Shown here piece after piece: positions 1-7,018 of a DNA stretch of 32,000 bases (positions are counted from its first letter, which is position 1; the number at the start of each line of letters is the position of its first letter). Under the pieces are notes generated by a model. It was given only the letters and a program-made list of their open reading frames with translations, was not told the DNA's origin and made no database searches. Origin of the DNA: Verrucomicrobiota bacterium (GTDB lineage: Bacteria > Verrucomicrobiota > Verrucomicrobiia > Chthoniobacterales > UBA6821); contig WBXG01000009.1 in NCBI GenBank assembly GCA_008932965.1, positions 4,145 to 36,144 on the forward strand. The letters are read 5' to 3'. The translations under genes were made by a program, and so were the position numbers.

Positions 1-1
1 T

Positions 2-199
2 GAAAAAGAAAGCTTGATTTGCTATTCTAATTTTATAGATCCCGGAAGTATTATTGCCACTGTGTTGCGCCGGTATGCAGAGAGACAAGTGCAAGAGGTC
101 GCAGTGGCTATTGCTGATCAAATAGAGCATGAGGCCCAACATGACCCAGAGCTCATGCGCCAACAAGAAGAGGAGTTAAAAAAAGCATTAGAAAACTAA
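2..199 (+). CDS. 3' end of an unidentified protein-coding gene, open to the left window edge
   Basis: The frame is open from base 2 to TAA at 197-199. The C-terminus is charged and helical (QQEEELKKALEN). No family recognised. Confidence 0.3.
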   Translation, partial: EKESLICYSNFIDPGSIIATVLRRYAERQVQEVAVAIADQIEHEAQHDPELMRQQEEELKKALEN

Positions 200-224
200 A
201 ATATGATTTGTATTAAAAATCATC

Positions 225-2294
225 GTGAATTTTTCTAAAAATAGATTGTTGTTCATTTGTTGTTTTTTAGGGTTATCCCGAATATATCATGCTGATTTTG
301 CTGCGGCTTGCGAAAGCTATAGAGATACAGCGTCAGGCTCGACCTGCTCCTCGAGCGGTATAGAACATACGCCTCTTGAAAATCATTGCCTTGATTGCCT
401 AGATCAGCCTTCGTGGCCTCCTCGTCATGATCAGTATGATATATCTGGGCTAGGTATCATTGGTATTGAGAACTATGTCTTTTTTTTAAATTGTACTGCT
501 AAGAGTGATTCCGGTGGTGCCTTTGATTTGCTTATGGAGGAGGGGAAAAATCAAGTTATTATTCGTTATGGAGAGCCAGGAAGTTATTTTTACGAAGTAG
601 TTTTAGAGAAAGAGGAGCCTCTCTATTGGATAAGTGAGCATGATGCTATCGGCTACTGTGACTGGAGGAATGCATTTCTCCATAATAAAGAATATCATTT
701 AGAAATTGGAGTAGCATTCAAAGAGGTTGATCATGAACTCAAATCCAATCTTAAGAATTATCCTTTAATAGAGAATGCCGTTGTTGTTCGGCAAACAGTG
801 TTAGATGCTATGAGTGATTATTCTCTCCTCCTAGAGGATGAGGAACTTTTCATTGGTCTTGCCTGCCTTTTTTTTGGGACCGCAGCAAATCATTCGATTC
901 AAAAGTGCAGGGATAATCATTACGATCACGTTGAGGTAATTCAAGAAGCAGGAAATGCGGTACTAACAACATCTTTGCTTCAGGAAGAAGGCGATAGCCA
1001 TCTCCCTTCTACTCATCAATGGAATAATCAGGAACTTTTCGAGACATCGGATGCAGTTCTCAATCATACTTATCCTGCTCGATTAGCTGCTTCTCCTTTG
1101 TTACCAAACGAGGAGGGTTCTGATGTGGCTATTCCATTGATATCAAGACGACTCTTTCCTAACACCCCAGATCGTGATGTGGAAAATTCTGACTCATCGG
1201 ACAATGCTGTTTCAGGAATGATTTTGGATATGCACAAAATAGATCTCTCGGCGGAAAGCGATAGTAGTCCCGATTCGAGTGATAGTGAATATGGAGCAAA
1301 AACATTAATGCGAAAAGTAGCACACCAGGTGAAGCACATTAAACCAAAGAACTACGCCATTAACCAAGATGGAACCGAGGAAATTACAGAGGAGGAAATG
1401 AAAGCAAATCCTGGGAAATTTTATATAGCAAATTTCCGTGGCGATTATCTCAGTTATTTTAAGACAAATCGTGCTAGAAGAAGTTATGTTAAAAAAGCAG
1501 TTGATAGCGTTGTTTCCAATCATCCCATTCCTTTCCGCTCAATAGCAGTTAAAGAAATAGAAAGAAAATATCCAGGGAAAGAGGAGAGGGCTGAAGCATT
1601 CTCCCAACTCAACACCGCGCACAAGATAAAGGACTCTAGCTATGTGAAAACTTATAAATCACCAACCCATTTTTCCAGGGCAGTTCAGGAGGTCAGTCCT
1701 GAATATGGGAATCCCATCATTTCAACTTCAAAAGATACTAAAGTCAGCCCCGTTTATGCCGATCATCCCAAAGATAAGGCTTTGTTATTACCTCAATATT
1801 CTGAAAACAAAAAACCAAAGCACCGTCTTATTGGTGTGACTACAGTTATTGTGCATGAGGCAAACGAATATGCAGCAAGAACAAAAGCTGATATTGAACA
1901 GCTCAGAACGCATCGAGAAATCGGAAAGATATCGGCTGTTGAAAGAAAAAATGATGAAATTCTCTTTGAGGGTGTTATTGAATCGAAAAACATAGCCGGC
2001 TATGTTCCTCTTGCGTATCCCAATTTATCCAAAAAATATTCTTTTAAAGATAAAGGGTTATTCGGTTTAGATGAGGAAGAGGGATTGGGGCTTACAAGAA
2101 GTTCTCCAAAAACACTAGGAAAGAAGGCCAAGGAGAATACCCTTTTTAAAGCTAATCGGCGCTTTCAATGGAGGTTAGCAGAAAAATATGTTACCGATAA
2201 AAATCCTCGAGGAGAATTAATTTGGGTAGATCGAGAGGGGAATTTCAATCGATTTAGAGCAAATCAAGATTCTAAGCTCTATATTTCAGACTAG
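225..2294 (+). CDS. Orphan 689-aa protein: hydrophobic N-terminus, in-frame palindromic-element insert, acidic Ser/Asp linker, basic C-terminal domain with possible ART-like motifs
   Basis: A long uninterrupted ORF with GTG start at 225 and TAG stop at 2292-2294 inside the terminus of element copy B. Residues ~17-76 are encoded by element copy A. No confident homology by eye. FRG (1434-1442), STS (1722-1730) and DEILF (1953-1967) motifs are noted. The true start is uncertain. Confidence 0.6.
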   Translation: MNFSKNRLLFICCFLGLSRIYHADFAAACESYRDTASGSTCSSSGIEHTPLENHCLDCLDQPSWPPRHDQYDISGLGIIGIENYVFFLNCTAKSDSGGAFDLLMEEGKNQVIIRYGEPGSYFYEVVLEKEEPLYWISEHDAIGYCDWRNAFLHNKEYHLEIGVAFKEVDHELKSNLKNYPLIENAVVVRQTVLDAMSDYSLLLEDEELFIGLACLFFGTAANHSIQKCRDNHYDHVEVIQEAGNAVLTTSLLQEEGDSHLPSTHQWNNQELFETSDAVLNHTYPARLAASPLLPNEEGSDVAIPLISRRLFPNTPDRDVENSDSSDNAVSGMILDMHKIDLSAESDSSPDSSDSEYGAKTLMRKVAHQVKHIKPKNYAINQDGTEEITEEEMKANPGKFYIANFRGDYLSYFKTNRARRSYVKKAVDSVVSNHPIPFRSIAVKEIERKYPGKEERAEAFSQLNTAHKIKDSSYVKTYKSPTHFSRAVQEVSPEYGNPIISTSKDTKVSPVYADHPKDKALLLPQYSENKKPKHRLIGVTTVIVHEANEYAARTKADIEQLRTHREIGKISAVERKNDEILFEGVIESKNIAGYVPLAYPNLSKKYSFKDKGLFGLDEEEGLGLTRSSPKTLGKKAKENTLFKANRRFQWRLAEKYVTDKNPRGELIWVDREGNFNRFRANQDSKLYISD
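273..453 (+). mobile_element. Palindromic MITE-like element, copy A (degenerate TIRs), in frame inside CDS 225..2294
   Basis: Left end TTATCCCGAATATATCATGCTGAT, right end ATCAGTATGATATATCTGGGCTAG. The interior aligns with copies B and C2 (CTGCGGCTTGCGAA ... CAGCCTTCGTGGCCTCCTCGTCA). The TA-to-TA distance is 177 bp, which is 59 codons. Confidence 0.8.
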
Positions 2295-2422
2295 CCCGGA
2301 TATTTCATACCGATTCTGCTGCGGCTTGCGAACACCTGATGGATGCTGCGTTGATCTCGAAGTCTTTCCCTATAAGCTTTCGTGATCTCCTCGTCACGAT
2401 CAGTATGAAATATCCGGGCTAG
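2291..2422 (+). mobile_element. Palindromic MITE-like element, copy B (short 132-bp variant)
   Basis: CTAGCCCGGATATTTCATACCGAT ... ATCAGTATGAAATATCCGGGCTAG. TIRs are near perfect and CTAG is present at both ends. The left CTAG supplies the TAG stop of the upstream CDS. Confidence 0.9.
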
Positions 2423-2496
2423 CAACATTTCTTAAAGAGGGCTGTTGTTGAAACCTGATGAAGTGGATGATAGGATCGTTCATTTTAGATTACTTC

Positions 2497-4275
2497 ATGA
2501 AAATTTCCCAAGAAAGTATTGAGCGAGTGGCTGCTGCAAGCGATATCGTCCATGTGATTGGGTCCTATTTTCCGTTGAAGCGTGCTGGAGTAAACTTTCG
2601 GGCACTATGTCCTTTTCATGATGAAAAAAGTCCTTCGTTTTATGTAAATCCTACGCGCCAAACATTCCATTGCTTTGGCTGTGGTGTTGGTGGTGGAGTG
2701 TTTCGATTTGTCATGGATTATGAGCATGTCGACTTCCCTATGGCAGTAAGGCGTCTAGCAGAGCGTTCAGGAATAGCTTTAGTAGAGGAATCGAGTCCTC
2801 AGGACATCACCCAGCGTAATGAGCGAGGAAGGCTCTTGGATCTCCATCGTCAAGTTGCACTTTGGTATCACCATCAGCTACTGCGTTCTCCTGCTGCTGC
2901 TCCGGCACGTACCTATTTAAAAAGTCGTGGATTCTCTAAAGAGATGGCAGTATCTTGGCAGCTTGGATATGCACCAGCTAGCTGGGATGGGGTGAAAAAA
3001 TGGGGTATAGCAGCCGGATTTCGTAATGCAGAGCTCGTGGCAGCAGGATTGCTTTTAGAACGTAACTCTCAAGAGACGTATGATCGCTTTCGTCATCGCT
3101 TGATGTTTCCTATTCGTAATGATTATGGAGATGTTATTGGTTTTAGCGGTCGTATATTATCGGAGGAATCTCAGGAGGCCAAGTATGTCAATTCACCTGA
3201 AACAACCCTTTTCAGAAAAGGAAAAATTCTCTTTGGAGTTGATAAAAGTAAGAGAGCTCTCATTCAATCCGGAGAAGCGATTGTTATGGAGGGGCAAATA
3301 GATCTTATTTCTGCTTTTGAGCATGGGTGTCACAATGTAGTTGCCCCCCAAGGAACAGCTTTTACAACGGATCAAGCTCGATTGTTGCGACGATTTGTGG
3401 AGAAGGTAATTCTTTGTTTTGATTCAGATACTGCTGGAAGGAATGCAGTGGAGCGTTCTTTGCCAGCTTTATTAGCCAACGGTTTTGAAGTGCGTGTTGC
3501 AGAGTTACCCTCAGGTGAGGATCCAGATTCGATGATCCAAAAAGAGGGAATAGTGACTTTTCAAAAGCTTCTTGCAGGAGCGGAAGACGTTTTTGACTTT
3601 ATGATCCATCGAGTTCAAAGAGAGGCTGGGTTTCCAATAAGTCCTCATCGTAGCGCGGCTTTGGCAAAGCAAATTGCTGGCTACTTAGCCATATTACCCA
3701 GTGCATCTTTAAGAGAGACAACAAGTGCCCATGTAGCCATGAGGCTTGGAATTTCTAGTTCAGCATTACTCGCTGCAGTACCCAGTTCTTTGGTAGCTAC
3801 TGCGGAATCTGTAGAATCAACAGAAAATAGCAGTCATTCCAAAATTTCTGCTGGCACGGAACTTTTATGTCGTCTGGCCCTTGTACATCCAGAAGTACGG
3901 GCATGGTTGTGTGAACAGAAATCACCGATGCCGCACGAGCTTCATGCAGAATTAGAAGTGCTTGAGGAATTGCTTACAGTCGATTTTTCTTCTTCTTCTC
4001 AACCAATGGCAGTCCTACTTCCATCACTTTCTCTTTCTCTACAACACCTTGTCTCCTCATGGGATCTTGAAAAAACAGTTTCTGATCCTTTAAGCACCGC
4101 ACAAGATATTTGGTCTGGATTGCAGATTGCCTATTGGAAGCGTCAACAAACGGAGGCAACTGTTCAATTGAGAAAGCCAGGAATCTCTTCAGAGCAAATC
4201 CTGTTGCTTCAGAAAGAAATCCTTGACCTGCAGTGCTTCATACGCGAGCGTACTGTGCCTCGCAAGCCAATTTAA
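2497..4275 (+). CDS. dnaG: DNA primase
   Basis: CHC2 zinc finger CPFHDEKSPSFYVNPTRQTFHCFGCGVGG. TOPRIM motifs are present (MEGQIDLIS, CFDSDTAG, GEDPDS). The start is placed at ATG 2497 (MKISQESIERV...), which matches the canonical primase N-terminus. The ORF-track start at 2458 is an alternative. The dnaG-rpoD adjacency is the classic arrangement. Confidence 0.93.
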   Translation: MKISQESIERVAAASDIVHVIGSYFPLKRAGVNFRALCPFHDEKSPSFYVNPTRQTFHCFGCGVGGGVFRFVMDYEHVDFPMAVRRLAERSGIALVEESSPQDITQRNERGRLLDLHRQVALWYHHQLLRSPAAAPARTYLKSRGFSKEMAVSWQLGYAPASWDGVKKWGIAAGFRNAELVAAGLLLERNSQETYDRFRHRLMFPIRNDYGDVIGFSGRILSEESQEAKYVNSPETTLFRKGKILFGVDKSKRALIQSGEAIVMEGQIDLISAFEHGCHNVVAPQGTAFTTDQARLLRRFVEKVILCFDSDTAGRNAVERSLPALLANGFEVRVAELPSGEDPDSMIQKEGIVTFQKLLAGAEDVFDFMIHRVQREAGFPISPHRSAALAKQIAGYLAILPSASLRETTSAHVAMRLGISSSALLAAVPSSLVATAESVESTENSSHSKISAGTELLCRLALVHPEVRAWLCEQKSPMPHELHAELEVLEELLTVDFSSSSQPMAVLLPSLSLSLQHLVSSWDLEKTVSDPLSTAQDIWSGLQIAYWKRQQTEATVQLRKPGISSEQILLLQKEILDLQCFIRERTVPRKPI

Positions 4276-4379
4276 TGAAAATGGATATAGGGGCTAGTTT
4301 TTCCAACGAAAGCGAGTATATTAATTGAGAATCATTTTTCGCCCTTTCATTCTTTCCATTTTTTACAGTTTATAAATCA

Positions 4380-6533
4380 GTGACTAAAAAGAAATCTTCC
4401 TCATCGCCTAAGCCACTAGCCTCACTCAAAGGAAAAAGTCCCTCATTAAAAAAGCAAGTGGTGAAAAAAAGTAGTGTTTCAAAAGTTATCACAAAAAAAA
4501 TGATTCCTATAAAGAAGCCTCTATCTAAGAAGCTGCTACCGGCTCTCAAAAAACCAGTGAGCCCTAAAAAAGTCTCTCCAGCTTCTAAAAAGAAGATATC
4601 TCCAAAGAAACCCTTGCCACGATCCACTAAGGTTACAAAGAAACCAACCTTACAAGTGGTCAAAAAAGTTTCCAAAAAAAAATTACCTCCCCTAAAAGTC
4701 TCGTCTAAAAAAAGTGCATTAAAGCCATTCGTGGTACATCAGGAAGAAAAAAAGGGTCATTCTTCAGTCGAAAAAAAGCCCACTGATAAAACAGTTAAAG
4801 AAAAGAAACCGTTAGAAGAGGCTTTTACTCATTCAAACTCTGAAGTAAAAGCTCTTTTTATTAAGAGCGATGCTGCTCCTAAAAACCCTGCAGAAGCTCA
4901 AAAGCTGCTACAAGAAAAAGTCCGTGAGCTCCTGAAATTAGCAAAGGAGCAAGGATATATAACCTTTGAAGATCTCGAGGAACATCTGCCAACGGGAATG
5001 AATAATCCCGAAACAGTTGAATCCATTTTGACCCAACTTCGCATTGTAGAAATAGATATTATTGATTCCTCTGATGTTGATCGTGTCAAAGAGATCAAGA
5101 AATCGGATGATGATGATGACAAGGACGACAAGGATGAAAAATCGGATGGGCGTCTTGATATTTTAGATGATCCTGTACGCATGTATCTAAAACAGATGGG
5201 GCAAGTTCCCCTTCTTACACGTGAGCAAGAAGTAGAAATTTCCAAACGTATTGAACAGGCACAAACAGAAATGCAAAATGTTCTCTACCAATTCGGCTTT
5301 GTGGCCCATGCACATATTGATTTAGCACAACGGCTACTGGATGCTCGAGAGCGCTTTGATCGCGTGATTCTCGATAAAAAAATTGAAAGTCGCGAACGCT
5401 ATTTAAAAACACTACCTCGTTTGTGTCAACAGCTCCAACGCCTTGCTTCTGAGACCTCGCTCATTTACAGCAAAAAAATTAATGCCAAAAAAGATCCACC
5501 TCCTAAAGACATCAAGGAAATGGAAAAACAGATTGAGGAAATTAACAAACTTTACCCTCGGTTTTATTTCAAACAGAAGATCACTGAAGATTTTGTTACC
5601 GTAGCGGACGACCACATTCGTTTGTTGCAGGAATTGCGTCTAGAGCATGAAAACCATATTAAAACACCGAGCCCCACATCGCGTCGTTTGATTCAGGCTA
5701 TTGTTGCTCAACGAGAGGAACATCATCATCGCAACTGGATGTCAACGGAGCACTTTGAACTGCAGCATCGAGATCTTAAGAAACATTTTCGTTCTGCCTT
5801 GCGTGCTAAGACAGAAATGGTCGAAGCAAACCTTCGTCTTGTTATTTCTATTGCAAAAAAATATACAAACAGAGGTCTTTCATTCCTTGATTTGATTCAA
5901 GAAGGAAACATGGGGCTCATGAAGGCTGTAGAAAAATTCGAGTACCGTCGCGGGTATAAATTTTCTACCTATGCAACATGGTGGATTCGTCAAGCGATTA
6001 CTCGTTCTATTGCAGATCAGGCACGTACTATTCGTATTCCTGTGCATATGATTGAAACGATTAATAAATTGATACGAGTGCAAAAGCAGCTTGTTCAAGA
6101 ATATGGTCGTGAGCCAACCCCTGAAGAAATTGCAGATGAAATCCAGCTTCCTGTAGAGCGTGTTCGAGCTGTTCTTAAAATGGCCCAACAGCCTATCTCA
6201 CTGCAGGCACCTGTTGGTGATAGTGATGATACAAGTTTTGGTGATTTCATTGAGGATAAATCAGCAGAGAACCCTGCTGATATGGCAGCAATTGTACTAC
6301 TCAAGGATAAAATTAAAGATGTTCTAGATTCATTAACAGAGCGTGAGCGCCAAGTATTAGAACAGCGTTTTGGTCTCGTTGATGGATACTCACGAACGTT
6401 AGAAGAAGTTGGAAAACAATTTAAGGTGACGCGTGAACGTATTCGACAGATAGAAGCAAAGGCTCTTCGCAAAATGCGCCATCCAACACGCCTTCGCCAA
6501 CTCGAAGGTTTCCTGGAGCCGAAAGACGTTTAA
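4380..6533 (+). CDS. rpoD: Primary RNA polymerase sigma factor (sigma-70 family) with a ~170-aa Lys-rich N-terminal extension
   Basis: Region 1.2 [21 protein letters not shown]. Region 2 [61 protein letters not shown]. Region 4.2 [33 protein letters not shown] start at 4380; downstream in-frame ATGs are possible starts. The TAA stop at 6531-6533 lies in the element terminus. Confidence 0.95.
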   Translation: MTKKKSSSSPKPLASLKGKSPSLKKQVVKKSSVSKVITKKMIPIKKPLSKKLLPALKKPVSPKKVSPASKKKISPKKPLPRSTKVTKKPTLQVVKKVSKKKLPPLKVSSKKSALKPFVVHQEEKKGHSSVEKKPTDKTVKEKKPLEEAFTHSNSEVKALFIKSDAAPKNPAEAQKLLQEKVRELLKLAKEQGYITFEDLEEHLPTGMNNPETVESILTQLRIVEIDIIDSSDVDRVKEIKKSDDDDDKDDKDEKSDGRLDILDDPVRMYLKQMGQVPLLTREQEVEISKRIEQAQTEMQNVLYQFGFVAHAHIDLAQRLLDARERFDRVILDKKIESRERYLKTLPRLCQQLQRLASETSLIYSKKINAKKDPPPKDIKEMEKQIEEINKLYPRFYFKQKITEDFVTVADDHIRLLQELRLEHENHIKTPSPTSRRLIQAIVAQREEHHHRNWMSTEHFELQHRDLKKHFRSALRAKTEMVEANLRLVISIAKKYTNRGLSFLDLIQEGNMGLMKAVEKFEYRRGYKFSTYATWWIRQAITRSIADQARTIRIPVHMIETINKLIRVQKQLVQEYGREPTPEEIADEIQLPVERVRAVLKMAQQPISLQAPVGDSDDTSFGDFIEDKSAENPADMAAIVLLKDKIKDVLDSLTERERQVLEQRFGLVDGYSRTLEEVGKQFKVTRERIRQIEAKALRKMRHPTRLRQLEGFLEPKDV

Positions 6534-6668
6534 CTCGGATATTTCATACTGATTGTGATGAGAAGATTGCTAAGGCTGATGGATCATGCTTTAGAATAAC
6601 ATTCTGGCTCGGGATGTATGTAGACTATGACCAGCATCTCAATGCTTGCCTGCGTTGACTCGCTTGCT
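6530..6668. repeat. Palindromic element copy C1 (left end intact, right end missing or interrupted by copy C2)
   Basis: TTAACTCGGATATTTCATACTGATTGTGATGAGAAGATTGCTAAGGCTGATGG, then interior matching GTATGTA...GCGTTGACTCGCT of copy H. No right TIR occurs before copy C2 begins. Confidence 0.75.
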
Positions 6669-6934
6669 CTAACCCGCTTATTTCATACCGATTCTGCTGC
6701 AGCTTGCGAACACCTGATGGATACTGCGTCAGCTTCGAATTGCTCCTCGGGCAGTATGAAACATACAGCCGTCGTCGCAATCCATCTCCTTCGTTGACTC
6801 GCTCGCTCCCGCTCGTCTCGCCCCTTTTAGTGCTGCCTAAAGGCAAGTCTCCACCGCGGTCTCCCGACCGCCGGTGGTGCCCCATCTGCCTTTGTGGCCT
6901 CATTGTTACGATCGGTATGAAATATCCAGACTAA
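6669..6934 (+). mobile_element. Palindromic MITE-like element, copy C2 (long ~266-bp variant with GC-rich internal segment)
   Basis: CTAACCCGCTTATTTCATACCGATTCTGCTGCAGCTTGCGAA ... CGATCGGTATGAAATATCCAGACTAA. CTAA is a direct repeat at both ends. The internal CTCCCGACCGCCGGTGGTGCCCC segment is shared with copy H. Confidence 0.85.
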
Positions 6935-7018
6935 ATTGTTTCACTGAGGTAAGAGCCAAAGCCAGACAATTGCGATTGATAATTGCACTTAATCTTACAA
7001 TGAGGTAATAATGACCAA

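Noticed and set aside
1070-1993. Short minus-strand ORFs 1070..1339, 1305..1523 and 1793..1993 inside the 689-aa ORF
   Set aside because: They are fully embedded antisense to a much longer ORF, with no start context or recognisable motifs. Similar embedded ORFs inside dnaG, rpoD, dnaE, the porin, nrdA, queA and the transporters (for example 3119..3301, 5880..6188, 6095..6472, 10443..10781, 16624..16953, 25000..25248, 28692..28910) were rejected for the same reason.
2458-2496. N-terminal extensions offered by the ORF track: dnaG 2458, accD 21276, nrdA 23770, Nudix 30109, lipoprotein 12237, livM 31977 and the 20808 start
   Set aside because: In each case an internal ATG or GTG gives the canonical family N-terminus or removes an overlap with the upstream gene. 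Several of the extensions (12237, 31977) are translations of element arms. The upstream starts remain formally possible.
4278-4300. Degenerate match to the element terminus (GAAAATGGATATAGGGGCTAG) between dnaG and rpoD
   Set aside because: The match to TGAAATATCCGGGCTAG is too diverged, and there is no arm sequence beside it. It cannot be distinguished from chance.
4370-4675. Antisense ORF (101 aa) opposite the rpoD N-terminal region
   Set aside because: It mirrors the Lys-rich AAA/AAG low-complexity coding sequence, giving a Phe/Leu-rich translation. The sense strand continues into an unambiguous sigma-70.
6625-6934. ORF-track ORFs 6625..6903 (minus, 92 aa) and 6704..6934 (plus, 76 aa)
   Set aside because: Both lie entirely inside palindromic element copies C1/C2. 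They are Arg/Pro/Ser-rich low-complexity translations of the GC-rich arms and overlap each other on opposite strands. They are repeat artefacts, not genes.
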